In this document: positions 1 to 8,580 of the stretch, in pieces
Numbering within the stretch: the stretch's first letter is position 1
How the letters are laid out: each line of letters begins with the position of its first letter
From: a virus
Taxonomy: Duplodnaviria; Caudoviricetes
Strand: one strand, 5' to 3'
Length of the DNA stretch: 64,000 bases
Virus record (IMG/VR): IMGVR_UViG_3300009424_000011
Span: 32,805 to 96,804 of that record
Notes under the pieces: generated by a model
What the model saw: only the letters and a program-made list of their open reading frames with translations
The model's database searches: none
Told to the model about the DNA's origin: nothing
Program-made: the position numbers and the translations under genes

Positions 1-231
1 AAGGACCTCACTACCGGTCGTTACAACGTCTCGCTGGATAACGAAGGCGGTGATCCGACCGGTCACAGCCTTCCTACCACGGCTCAGGTCGTTGGCACCT
101 ACATGCGTTACCTTCTTACTGATGTGGATTTCCGCAACGCGGTCTGGAAATTCGCTGAGGAATACGTGGCCCAGAACGGGTCGGCGAAAATCGCCAACGC
201 GGATTCCGCTCCCTCTTCGATCGCAGCCTAA
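1..231 (+). CDS. 3' end of a hypothetical protein (gene starts before the window)
   Basis: Frame 1 is open from base 1 (KDLTTGRYNVSLDNEGG...SSIAA) to TAA at 229-231, directly before the RBS of the next gene. Confidence 0.7.
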   Translation, partial: KDLTTGRYNVSLDNEGGDPTGHSLPTTAQVVGTYMRYLLTDVDFRNAVWKFAEEYVAQNGSAKIANADSAPSSIAA

Positions 232-241
232 GGAACTCGCC

Positions 242-811
242 TTGAATCTGACGCACCCCGAACTCGTTGCCGCACTGGCGAAGCCCGGCAACGACATCCT
301 TGCATCGTTGACCCCTGAAAAGGTCGATATGTGGCACGCTGCCACCGGCATCTCCGGTGAGGCTGGTGAGATCACCGAGGCTCTTTTCAGCTTCGAACTG
401 AGCGACCGCACCGAACTCGATCTGGAAAACCTGATCGAAGAAATGGGCGACATGGAGTTCTATCTCCAGCAGCTTCGCACCAACGTCGGCATCACGCGTG
501 AGTTCCTTTACGAGCAGCGGTTCGATTTCTACCAGTCGGACCAGCCGATGGTCGTCGCGGCTCTGATCAACATGGCTGCCAGCCAAATCCTCGATCAAGT
601 CAAGAAGCATGTTGTCTACAACAAGCCGCTCGATCGGGATGCTCTGACTGTGGCCCTGTTCCGTATGGAATGCCAACTCATCATCATGCGCTCACTCTCC
701 GGCGTCAAGCTTGAGACGGTTCTGGACCAGAACATCGCCAAGCTCAGCGTCCGCTACGCCGGGATGAAATACACCGACGCCGATGCCCAGAACCGCGCCG
801 ACAAGGCGTAA
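242..811 (+). CDS. MazG-like nucleoside triphosphate pyrophosphohydrolase
   Basis: HAATGISGEAGEI...LIEEMGDMEFY is the MazG-type ExxE...ExxD motif. The C-terminal half (DQVKKHVVYNKPLD...NIAKLSVRY) is typical of phage MazG proteins. TTG start follows AAGGAA. Confidence 0.8.
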   Translation: MNLTHPELVAALAKPGNDILASLTPEKVDMWHAATGISGEAGEITEALFSFELSDRTELDLENLIEEMGDMEFYLQQLRTNVGITREFLYEQRFDFYQSDQPMVVAALINMAASQILDQVKKHVVYNKPLDRDALTVALFRMECQLIIMRSLSGVKLETVLDQNIAKLSVRYAGMKYTDADAQNRADKA

Positions 812-833
812 TCCTCAACAAGGAAATTATTAC

Positions 834-971
834 ATGCCCATGAACAGTTTTGAGAAGGCTCAGGCCACGATCGGCTGCGTTGCGATTCTGATGTGGCTGG
901 GTGGTATTGGTGTCGTCATCACCATCGCTGTCCTGATCATCAAAGCTCTCTTGAAGTATATCGGCTCATGA
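834..971 (+). CDS. small membrane protein
   Basis: AAGGAA RBS; 45 aa with one hydrophobic helix. Confidence 0.6.
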   Translation: MPMNSFEKAQATIGCVAILMWLGGIGVVITIAVLIIKALLKYIGS

Positions 972-1099
972 GCCGCTTCAATCTCCGCCGGCGCTTCAAG
1001 CGCTTCGTCTCGGCCATCACGGGCCGGTTTGTCAGCCGCAAATACGCCGAGGAAAATCCCGCCGAGACGTATGAGCGCACCTTCGAAGTGGACAAGTGA
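968..1099 (+). CDS. small basic hypothetical protein (SAITGRFV...ENP.ET motif)
   Basis: Overlaps the upstream stop as ATGA and the downstream start as GTGA. Confidence 0.6.
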   Translation: MSRFNLRRRFKRFVSAITGRFVSRKYAEENPAETYERTFEVDK

Positions 1100-1320
1100 T
1101 GGACCTTCTCCGCTTCGTTGACAAGGACAACGGACCCTACTTCATTGACGGCCGGGCATTGTTTGCTCTTTGTCCGGACGCCACCCAGCAAGAGACCAAG
1201 TTGGTCGCCTTCGGTCAGTTCGGTGTGATTGCATCGCTGGACCTTTCGGCCGATGTCGAAGAAGTCGCCCTGATGATTGAACGTGCCGTTCCCGGTGCGC
1301 GGATTCATCGAATCGATTAA
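1096..1320 (+). CDS. hypothetical protein
   Basis: Translationally coupled 74-aa ORF. Confidence 0.6.
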   Translation: MMDLLRFVDKDNGPYFIDGRALFALCPDATQQETKLVAFGQFGVIASLDLSADVEEVALMIERAVPGARIHRID

Positions 1321-1327
1321 CTTTCGA

Positions 1328-1356
1328 TTGACAACCACCGCCATTATGGATATGCG
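1328..1356 (+). promoter_or_regulatory. sigma70-type promoter with CACCGCCATT box in the spacer
   Basis: TTGACA(1328-33)-N17-TATGCG; CACCGCCATT at 1336-45. Confidence 0.6.
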
Positions 1357-1381
1357 GTGACTTGAAAACAGGGGAAAGAAA

Positions 1382-1477
1382 ATGGATAGAAAGCTTTCTT
1401 GGATTCAGGCCACCGCGATCCTTCTGCTCGCTGCTGTTGGTCTCGCCGTAGTGATCGATGTGGTAGCCGGCAAGTGA
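1382..1477 (+). CDS. small membrane peptide (31 aa)
   Basis: GGGGAAAG RBS; MDRKLSWIQATAILLLAAVGLAVVIDVVAGK. Confidence 0.5.
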   Translation: MDRKLSWIQATAILLLAAVGLAVVIDVVAGK

Positions 1478-1671
1478 TCACTCACATGGACATGGAATCC
1501 TATGGATTTGACGAGTGGGATTCCACTGGCGCTTTGTTCGACATGAAGTCCGGTTTGACTTTCGTTGACAACATCGATCCCCGATACGCAGGCTTGAACC
1601 GGGCCCAGCGACGCAAGGCAATGGCTGTCGAGAACCGTGCATTTCGCAAGAGGATGAAGAAGCGTGGCTGA
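1474..1671 (+). CDS. hypothetical protein with C-terminal NRAQRR motif
   Basis: Coupled ORF (GTG at 1474 or ATG at 1486). Confidence 0.55.
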   Translation: MITHMDMESYGFDEWDSTGALFDMKSGLTFVDNIDPRYAGLNRAQRRKAMAVENRAFRKRMKKRG

Positions 1672-1957
1672 TCCCGATGAGACCATCGACGCCCTGCTGG
1701 GCTATCACAAGGCTGTGATCGCTCGCGGTGTGTTCGGTGAGGACTCCAAGATTTACGAAGAGATCGACGAGTTCGCCGATGCTCTTGACCAGAACGTCCA
1801 GATCATGGCGCTGGTCGAACTCTCCGATGTGATCGGAGCGATCGAAGGGTGGCTGGTAAAGCATCACCCGACTGTGACCCTTGCAGACCTTGCCGCGATG
1901 GCGGCTGTCACCAAGCGGGCTTTCGAGTCGGGTGTGCGGGAGAACCGTGATGGCTGA
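1664..1957 (+). CDS. small MazG-like / all-alpha NTP pyrophosphatase-fold protein
   Basis: SKIYEEIDEFADA...LVELSDVIGAI carries an EExxE...ExxD acidic motif. Confidence 0.55.
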   Translation: MADPDETIDALLGYHKAVIARGVFGEDSKIYEEIDEFADALDQNVQIMALVELSDVIGAIEGWLVKHHPTVTLADLAAMAAVTKRAFESGVRENRDG

Positions 1958-2309
1958 GGCCATGGTCATGGAGCAGTGTCCGTTCGATCTTCGGCTTGCC
2001 CGGACGCCTTACTTGGTGCTGCCCAAGCTCGCACTGCAAGTCATGCCCATGGAATGGCGCAAGCGCTTCGAAGCGCTTCTGGTCGAGATGGAAGACGCCG
2101 GGATCGAAACGCCGGATTATCACGTCTTTCGTGACGATGGGCAGGGCGAGCGATATACCCGAGCCCGTGTGGTCAACGAGCAGACCGGCTTTGTCCGTCT
2201 CGTTGGTGGTGAAGATGATCCGTGGGCGGATTACCGATACGATCAGCATCGCAAGGTCGCTGAGCTTTGCCCTGAGTTTGCCGCGAGGCAGGAGAACTGT
2301 GATGACTGA
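1950..2309 (+). CDS. conserved phage hypothetical protein
   Basis: Coupled ORF with a YLVLPKLALQVMPMEW...DDPWADYRY pattern. Confidence 0.6.
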   Translation: MAEAMVMEQCPFDLRLARTPYLVLPKLALQVMPMEWRKRFEALLVEMEDAGIETPDYHVFRDDGQGERYTRARVVNEQTGFVRLVGGEDDPWADYRYDQHRKVAELCPEFAARQENCDD

Positions 2310-2541
2310 GATCAAGGCCCAACCGGTTTTCTATCCCGAGATCGTCGAGACGGCTGAGGGTCGGTTCCTTGTTGACAAGGACGGTAAGGTCCTCGAACGG
2401 ATTCCCGATCCTGACGAATGCATGGAGTGTGGTGATACCGGTCCGTGGGTCGATGAATGCACCCAGCTTTGCGAGATGTGCAGCGACTTCATCATGGGGC
2501 CAGACGATTTCGGCGACGAAGACCAAGAGGACGATGACTGA
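2302..2541 (+). CDS. hypothetical protein with CxxC...CxxC and an acidic tail
   Basis: CMEC...CEMC; GGAG RBS. Confidence 0.55.
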   Translation: MTEIKAQPVFYPEIVETAEGRFLVDKDGKVLERIPDPDECMECGDTGPWVDECTQLCEMCSDFIMGPDDFGDEDQEDDD

Positions 2542-3151
2542 TATGACACCCATGATCGACTACGCGCTACTCGGCCGGGCGGTCACGGAGTATCAGAAAC
2601 GCGGCTACGTCTACAAGGAAGTCCCTTGGCTAGTGCCTGAGGCACCGATCCGCGCCACCTTACCGCCGGAGTTTCCTGTCTACGTTGCCGGTCCCCGTTT
2701 TGACCACCGCGACCATGATGGTAAATGGATCGGCGCGACTGATGCCTTCGAAGAAGCCCACTACCTCGTGGGGTCTGCCGAGCAAGGCTTTTTGTCCATG
2801 GGTCTCAAGCCCGGCGCATACATCGGTGTGACACCTTGTTTCCGCCATGAGCCAGTCCAGAACATCTTCTACCAGACTGGATTCATGAAGGCCGAACTCT
2901 TCGTCACTGTCGAAGATGCGACTGTCGATCGCGTCATGCATGACGCCCGCGAAGTGGTCGGTGTCCTGAGTGGGATCGATCCGGATATTGTTGCCACTGA
3001 CATTGGCTTCGATCTGGAACTCGCCGAGATTGAGATCGGCTCCTACGGTGAACGGGTCCACCCAGAGTTCGGTCGTTGGGTCTACGGAACTGGTCTGGCG
3101 CTTCCTCGGTTCAGCGTAGCCAAGGGTCTCTCCACCGTCCTCCAGCACTAA
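2534..3151 (+). CDS. stand-alone class II aminoacyl-tRNA synthetase-like catalytic core (SerRS/ProRS-like)
   Basis: Motif 1-like GYVYKEVP, LVGSAEQ, motif 2-like TPCFRHE...FMKAELF and motif 3-like YGTGLALPRF. No tRNA-binding domain. Confidence 0.7.
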   Translation: MTDMTPMIDYALLGRAVTEYQKRGYVYKEVPWLVPEAPIRATLPPEFPVYVAGPRFDHRDHDGKWIGATDAFEEAHYLVGSAEQGFLSMGLKPGAYIGVTPCFRHEPVQNIFYQTGFMKAELFVTVEDATVDRVMHDAREVVGVLSGIDPDIVATDIGFDLELAEIEIGSYGERVHPEFGRWVYGTGLALPRFSVAKGLSTVLQH

Positions 3152-3193
3152 TTCGTGTCAAGCGGTATATTTGCTGCACAGCAAATTTACTCC

Positions 3194-3222
3194 TTGATCA
3201 CCACCGACATTTTCGCTATACT
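3194..3222 (+). promoter_or_regulatory. promoter of nrdA with CACCGACATT box
   Basis: TTGATC-N17-TATACT; CACCGACATT at 3202-11. Confidence 0.6.
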
Positions 3223-3262
3223 GTGCGGCCGTTTTCACTTCATCTACGGACACCCAAAACTC

Positions 3263-5029
3263 ATGCCAGTCTCCCCGAACGAGGTCATTATCGATCTCGG
3301 GCGCGACGCTCTGCTCGCTCCGCACGCCATTGAAACCCTACAAGATCGCTACATGGTTGAAGGGGAGACCAGTCCTCAACATGCGTTCGCCCGCGCCTCG
3401 GCAGCCTTCGCCGATGACGCCGCACATGCCCAGCGACTCTACGATTATGCTTCCAAGGGCTGGTTCATGTTCGCCACCCCGCTACTCTCCAATGGCGGCA
3501 CCGAGCGCGGTCTTCCGATCTCCTGCTACCTCAACTACATGGCCGACAGCCGCAAGGGCATCAACGCCCACTACGAAGAGACTTCGTGGCTCTCCAGCCT
3601 CGGTGGTGGTGTTGGTGGCTACATCGCTGTGCGCGGCGCGGAAGGCACATCCAAGGGTTCGGCGTCGTCCGGCGGCATCCCGTTTGTCTGCATCCTCGAT
3701 CGCTACATGCTGGCGTTCTCGCAGGGTAAGACCCGGCGCGGTAGCTACTGCGCCTATCTCGACATCTCGCACCCGGAAACGGATGAGTTCCTTGAGCTTC
3801 GCAAGCCGTCGGGTGGTGACGCAAACCGCAAGGCACTGAACCTTCACCACGCCATCAACATCACAGACGACTTCATGCGCGCCTGTCTGGCCGATGCTGA
3901 GTGGAACTTCCGCAGCCCGAAGACCGGCGAGATCAAGAAGACGGTCAACGCCCGCGCTCTGATGCGGAAGATCGTCGAGACGCGCCACCAGACCGGCGAG
4001 CCCTTCATCCTGTTCAAGGACACCGCCAATCGTGCGCTGCCCCAGCCTCTCAAGGACAAGGGCCTCAAGATCAATCACTCGAATCTCTGCACGGAGATCA
4101 TGCTTCCGACGGCCGAAGATCGCACAGCGGTCTGCTGCCTGTCGAGTCCGAACCTCGCGGCCTACGATGAGTGGAAGGATCACCCGCTCTTCATCGAAGA
4201 CCTCATGCGGATGCTCGACAACACGCTGGATGACTTCATCGCGAAGGCTCCTCCGGAACTGTGGCGTGCTGTCGCCTCAGCAAAGAACGAGCGGTCGGTC
4301 GGTCTGGGCGGCATGGGCCTCCACACCTACTTGCAGGATCACGGGATCGTGTGGGGCAGTGACCTTGCTCGCGCCTACAACGTGATGATGTTCGAAGACT
4401 TGCAGAAGAAGACGATCGCGGCTTCGCTCAAGCTCGGTGCTGAACGCGGTGAAGCGCCAGACATGGCCGGCACCGGGCATCGCTTCTCCCACCGCATGGC
4501 TGTGGCTCCGAATGCTTCGTCGTCGATCTTCGTGCCGCAGGGTCCGATCTCGCCGTCCATCGAACAGTGGCCGGAGAACATCTTCATCCACAAGACTCTG
4601 ACCGGTTCGCACACCGTTAAGAATCCGTCGCTGGTTCGCCTGCTCGAAACCAAGGGCAAGAACACCAAGGAAGTCTGGAAGGACATCCTGCTCCACGAAG
4701 GTTCGGTCCAGCATCTGGACTTCCTGACCGATCAGGAAAAGGCTGTGTTCGCCACCGCCTTCGAGACCGACCAGCGCCTGACCATTCAGATGGCGAACGA
4801 TCGTTCCGGCTACGTCGATCAGGGCGTTAGCCTTAACATCTCGGTGCCCGCATTCGTGGACGCCGACTACATGCTCGAACTGCACTTCATGGCTTGGGCC
4901 GGTGGTAGCAAAAGTATGTATTATGTGCGGTCCAAGGCTCCCAAGAAAGCTGAGAACATGAACACCAAGGTGGCTGCGCTGGAAATGGTCATGCCCGAAG
5001 ATGAAGGATGCCTCGCCTGTGAAGGATAA
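3263..5029 (+). CDS. nrdA: ribonucleoside-diphosphate reductase class Ia, alpha subunit
   Basis: ATPLLSNGG, ISCYL, SNLCTEI (catalytic NLCxE), AVAPNASSS, SMYYVRS and a C-terminal CLACEG. Confidence 0.95.
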   Translation: MPVSPNEVIIDLGRDALLAPHAIETLQDRYMVEGETSPQHAFARASAAFADDAAHAQRLYDYASKGWFMFATPLLSNGGTERGLPISCYLNYMADSRKGINAHYEETSWLSSLGGGVGGYIAVRGAEGTSKGSASSGGIPFVCILDRYMLAFSQGKTRRGSYCAYLDISHPETDEFLELRKPSGGDANRKALNLHHAINITDDFMRACLADAEWNFRSPKTGEIKKTVNARALMRKIVETRHQTGEPFILFKDTANRALPQPLKDKGLKINHSNLCTEIMLPTAEDRTAVCCLSSPNLAAYDEWKDHPLFIEDLMRMLDNTLDDFIAKAPPELWRAVASAKNERSVGLGGMGLHTYLQDHGIVWGSDLARAYNVMMFEDLQKKTIAASLKLGAERGEAPDMAGTGHRFSHRMAVAPNASSSIFVPQGPISPSIEQWPENIFIHKTLTGSHTVKNPSLVRLLETKGKNTKEVWKDILLHEGSVQHLDFLTDQEKAVFATAFETDQRLTIQMANDRSGYVDQGVSLNISVPAFVDADYMLELHFMAWAGGSKSMYYVRSKAPKKAENMNTKVAALEMVMPEDEGCLACEG

Positions 5030-5288
5030 TTTTCTCGATAGCTATGCTGATGCTTTTCCCGATTTCAAGGGCGATCTGGTGGGTCGGGTAGTCGGTTACG
5101 AATACCCCCACCAGCCCCACCCCAGCCACATCAAGCCGGGGCGGACTCCTCGTCTCAAGCGCACCATTTGGGGGAGGGTCTATGCTCAGATTCACCGTCA
5201 AAATCACGTTATGCTCTATACCGAAAGTGGTGAGATTCGGGGGTGTCAAATCACCGATCTGCATACCATCATGCCGGAGACCTACTGA
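5019..5288 (+). CDS. hypothetical protein
   Basis: ORF coupled between nrdA and the next gene. Confidence 0.5.
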   Translation: MKDNFLDSYADAFPDFKGDLVGRVVGYEYPHQPHPSHIKPGRTPRLKRTIWGRVYAQIHRQNHVMLYTESGEIRGCQITDLHTIMPETY

Positions 5289-5479
5289 TGGGTATCGATC
5301 CCGACTTCCTCCCCGTCGTCGGTGACATCGTGACGCTTGGAGATGAGCCCGACTGCATCATCCCACCCGGTGACTACGAGGTCACCCAAGTCAACCCCGA
5401 CGGTTCCTTCCATGTGGGCGGGAACACCGCTGTCTGGCCGCGCCGGATCATCGCCCGAGAACACCGCTACCGGCTGTGA
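5288..5479 (+). CDS. hypothetical protein
   Basis: TGATG overlap with the upstream stop; GGAG RBS. Confidence 0.55.
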   Translation: MGIDPDFLPVVGDIVTLGDEPDCIIPPGDYEVTQVNPDGSFHVGGNTAVWPRRIIAREHRYRL

Positions 5480-5973
5480 CCAGCTTCCAAGGACAGCGCG
5501 GTCTCACCAACAATGAACGTTTCGACGCTATGTTCAAAGTGTCAGAAACTGGTTGTTGGGAGTGGCAAGGATCATTGGACAAGGACGGCTACGGGTTGTT
5601 CTGGGACGGTGAGAAACAGAAGAACGCTAGGGCTCATCGCTTCGCTTACGAGCGTTTACACGGTCCCCTAGGTAATCTCCAAGCCTGCCATCGTTGCGAT
5701 AACCCTGCATGTGTTCGTCCAGAGCATTTGTTCGAAGGCACGAACAAGGACAACATGGATGACAAAGCTGAAAAAGGAAGAACTCTTGGCTTCGCCGCTA
5801 TGAAAGGCGAACAACATACCCAAGCAAAGCTTACCGAAGTCGATGTATCTCAAATTAAACGCCGCCTAGCAAGCGGAGACAAGCAAAAAGAAATAGCAAG
5901 AGATTACGGCATAGATGCCACAGTGATTTCTCGCATTAAGACAAGAAAGATTTGGAAAGATGTCCATTTTTAA
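5476..5973 (+). CDS. HNH homing endonuclease (HNH_3-type) with C-terminal HTH
   Basis: CWEWQG...GYG...RAHRFAYE...CHRCDNPACVRPEHLFEGTNKDNMDD; lower GC than its neighbours; free-standing between nrdA and nrdB. Confidence 0.9.
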   Translation: MTSFQGQRGLTNNERFDAMFKVSETGCWEWQGSLDKDGYGLFWDGEKQKNARAHRFAYERLHGPLGNLQACHRCDNPACVRPEHLFEGTNKDNMDDKAEKGRTLGFAAMKGEQHTQAKLTEVDVSQIKRRLASGDKQKEIARDYGIDATVISRIKTRKIWKDVHF

Positions 5974-6970
5974 GAAGAGCGCTGCATACAAGCCTTTCCA
6001 GTTTCCGTGGGCGTTCGAAGCTTACGATATGTTGCAGAAGACTCATTGGCTTCCATCCGAAGTTCCTCTTCAAGAGGATGTGCATGACTGGAACTCAAAG
6101 CTCACCCCATCCGAGAAGAATCTTCTCACCCAGCTTTTCCGCTTCTTCACCAAGGGTGATGAAGACATCACGCACGGCTACCTTGATGTCTACATCCCGA
6201 TGTTCAAGCCGACCGAGATTCGCATGATGCTCTCGGCAATTGCGACGCAGGAAGCCAACCACATCCACTCGTATTCTCAGTTGATCGATACGGTCGGGAT
6301 GCCGGAGTCCGATTACAGCGCCTTTGCCGAATACGCCGAGATGGCTGAGAAACACGAGTATATGTTCGCTGATCGGACCGAAGGGACTGACGGCCGGCGG
6401 TTCACCCCGCGTGAGCGTCTGGCGCTCGATCTGGCGGTGTTCTCGGCCTTCGGGGAAGGTATGCAGCTTTTCTCCAGCTTCGCTGTCCTGCTGAGCTTCA
6501 AGCGCCGCAACCTGATGAAGGGCATGTCCACCATCGTTGAGTGGTCGCTGCGTGACGAGACTCTGCACGTCGAATGTATGCTCAAGCTCTTCCACACCAT
6601 GATCAAGGAGAACCCGAAGCTCTGGAACGAAGATGTCAAGGCAGCCATCCGCCAGATCGCCAAGGACATGGTGCGGCTCGAAGACCGCTTCATCGACCTC
6701 ATGTTCGCCATGGGCGAGGTCGCCGGCATCACGGCCGAGGAGACCAAGACCTACATCCGCTACACGGCCGATCGCCGCATGATCCAGTTGGGTCTCAAGC
6801 CGATCTACCGCCAGAAGGAAAACCCACTCGACTGGATCGACGAGATGATGGCTGCCCACACGCACACCAACTTCTTCGAAGGCCGATCGACCGAGTATGC
6901 CAAGGGCGGCGTGACCGGCTGGGATGAGAATACGTGGAACTTCGTTTCCAAGTTCGAGGATAACGCGTGA
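5960..6970 (+). CDS. nrdB: ribonucleoside-diphosphate reductase class Ia, beta subunit
   Basis: HWLPSEV, FFTKGD, EANHIHSY, EGMQLFSSF, RDETLH and a C-terminal NFFEGRSTEY. Confidence 0.95.
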   Translation: MSIFKKSAAYKPFQFPWAFEAYDMLQKTHWLPSEVPLQEDVHDWNSKLTPSEKNLLTQLFRFFTKGDEDITHGYLDVYIPMFKPTEIRMMLSAIATQEANHIHSYSQLIDTVGMPESDYSAFAEYAEMAEKHEYMFADRTEGTDGRRFTPRERLALDLAVFSAFGEGMQLFSSFAVLLSFKRRNLMKGMSTIVEWSLRDETLHVECMLKLFHTMIKENPKLWNEDVKAAIRQIAKDMVRLEDRFIDLMFAMGEVAGITAEETKTYIRYTADRRMIQLGLKPIYRQKENPLDWIDEMMAAHTHTNFFEGRSTEYAKGGVTGWDENTWNFVSKFEDNA

Positions 6971-7230
6971 TGCAGATCGTCGTCTACTCCAAGCTCGGGT
7001 GCCCGTTTTGCTCGCTCCTCAAGATGGAGCTTGTGAAGCGTGGCTATACCTACACCGAAGTCGATCTGACCGATGATTCGCTCCGTCAGGATTTTTATCA
7101 GAAGACCGGAACAAACACTGTGCCTCAGGTCTTTATCATGGATCAGGACGCCAGTCTGACTGATCCAGTAGGGAAGCGGTTAGGCGGATACAGCGATCTG
7201 TCAAAAGATTGGTCCGTCTTGGAATCCTGA
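6967..7230 (+). CDS. glutaredoxin
   Basis: CPFC active site, TVPQVF and GGY motifs; follows nrdB. Confidence 0.9.
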   Translation: MMQIVVYSKLGCPFCSLLKMELVKRGYTYTEVDLTDDSLRQDFYQKTGTNTVPQVFIMDQDASLTDPVGKRLGGYSDLSKDWSVLES

Positions 7231-7301
7231 TATATTCCTCCTATTTGACGGGTCAAAAATGCAGTTGAGAACATTCTAAATGATCTTGACTGCATTTTCG
7301 C

Positions 7302-7339
7302 TTGACACCGAATCGGTCTTTGCCCTAGTAAGCGAATCA
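7302..7339 (+). promoter_or_regulatory. promoter of the XRE regulator with two GANTC sites (same design as the early-array promoters)
   Basis: TTGACA C CGAATCG ... TAGTAA G CGAATCA; an upstream inverted repeat AAAATGCAGT/ACTGCATTTT lies at 7256-7298. Confidence 0.55.
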
Positions 7340-7363
7340 CCGAAACAAATGGAGAAACTAGAC

Positions 7364-8119
7364 ATGGCTGCTCACGCAACCCTTACGAAGCCTCCCGGCG
7401 GACGTGTCACCGGGAAGTCCAAAGCAAAAATCCAGATGCACGCTGTGCCTGCTGTTGCACGCCGCTCTGATCTCGCTGGTTCTGACAGCGATCTCGATCT
7501 CGGATCACTGGGCGGGCGACTGGCCTATGCCCGACTGCGTGAAAATGTGACGCAGGATCAACTCGCCAAGGCGGCCGACAAGTGCCGTGGCACCATCGTC
7601 GCTTACGAACGCAACACAATCATGCCGCCGATCCCGATCGTCGAAGCACTGGCGCGGGTCCTCAAGGTCTCGCCATCCTTCCTCGCATTCGGGGAACACG
7701 GCGTCAAGGCCGTCGGCGACATGAATGCGGCCGAAGCGACCGTCAATGTGGACGAGATCACTTTCGGCCGGGATGGTTCCTACAACAGTGGAACTTTCGC
7801 GATGCCGCGATCGCTGGCCGAGAGTTACGTGGAAAGCGTCCGCACGCTCAAGGTCTACGTCCTCGGTCACAATGCCGATGCGTTCGGCTTGCGTCAGGAC
7901 ACTCGCCTGTTCGTGGACTCCAGCGTCCAGTCCGTCTCGAACGAGTTCGATACCTACGTGATCGAAGTCAACGGCGGTATGGAAGTGATCCGCATCGCCC
8001 CGTCTTTTGCCAAGTCGAGCAAGGTCATGGTCGAAGGCTCGCGGGGTGACAAGCAGGAAGTCGCCGCCAAGGACCTCAAGATTTTGGGTGCAGTCGTCTC
8101 GACGCTTCGCCCTCAGTAA
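7364..8119 (+). CDS. XRE-family helix-turn-helix transcriptional regulator, CI-like architecture
   Basis: LGGRLAYARLRENVTQDQLA...RGTIVAYERN...LARVLKVSPSFLAFG is an HTH_3 domain. The beta-rich C-terminus ends ILGAVV (S24-like fold, catalytic residues not obvious). Confidence 0.8.
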   Translation: MAAHATLTKPPGGRVTGKSKAKIQMHAVPAVARRSDLAGSDSDLDLGSLGGRLAYARLRENVTQDQLAKAADKCRGTIVAYERNTIMPPIPIVEALARVLKVSPSFLAFGEHGVKAVGDMNAAEATVNVDEITFGRDGSYNSGTFAMPRSLAESYVESVRTLKVYVLGHNADAFGLRQDTRLFVDSSVQSVSNEFDTYVIEVNGGMEVIRIAPSFAKSSKVMVEGSRGDKQEVAAKDLKILGAVVSTLRPQ

Positions 8120-8140
8120 TAAGCGTTGGCACGCTTTGGG

Positions 8141-8174
8141 AAAGGCCCGCTGGAGCGATCCAGCGGGCCTTTTT
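8141..8174. terminator. bidirectional intrinsic terminator between the convergent arms
   Basis: AAAGGCCCGCTGGA-GCGA-TCCAGCGGGCCTTTTT. Confidence 0.85.
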
Positions 8175-8176
8175 GA

Positions 8177-8344
8177 TTACCGGGCCATGAAGTGATCGAT
8201 CGATTGATGGGGCGGGGTAAGCTCGCAGCGAACACAGGCCCAGTTCCCATCGCGCCATGGGAGCCGCATATTCCAGCGCTCACACTTGCGGCAATAGAGC
8301 GGGTCCTTGTGCTGCCGCCAGAGATTGATCAGGAAACGTTTCAT
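8177..8344 (-). CDS. small zinc-ribbon protein (55 aa, not in the ORF track)
   Basis: MKRFLINLWRQHKDPLYCRKCERW...WACVRCE...; ATGA overlap with the upstream gene. Confidence 0.55.
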   Translation of the reverse strand: MKRFLINLWRQHKDPLYCRKCERWNMRLPWRDGNWACVRCELTPPHQSIDHFMAR

Positions 8345-8580
8345 GCGAGTTCTCCGAGTGCCCTACCGGTCAGGTAGCAGCAGATGACCATGATGATCGG
8401 CAGCGCAAGCAAATAGCCGGCCGTAAGTTGTCCCATAACATCCTCAGCGAAGTCGCCGAGATGGAACAGGATGTTGTTGTCACCATCGTATTCGATGAGG
8501 GGCGTGAGGATATACCCGGCAGCTATCAGAACCATTCCGATCACCAAGTAGCCAAGACACAGGTATCCCAGCGCATCCAC
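8341..8580 (-). CDS. small two-TM membrane protein
   Basis: GTG start coupled to the upstream stop; two hydrophobic segments. Confidence 0.55.
   Translation of the reverse strand: MDALGYLCLGYLVIGMVLIAAGYILTPLIEYDGDNNILFHLGDFAEDVMGQLTAGYLLALPIIMVICCYLTGRALGELA

Noticed and set aside
242-3151. 2-aminoadenine (Z-genome) pathway
   Set aside because: MazG-like genes are present, but no PurZ or DatZ is recognisable in the window.
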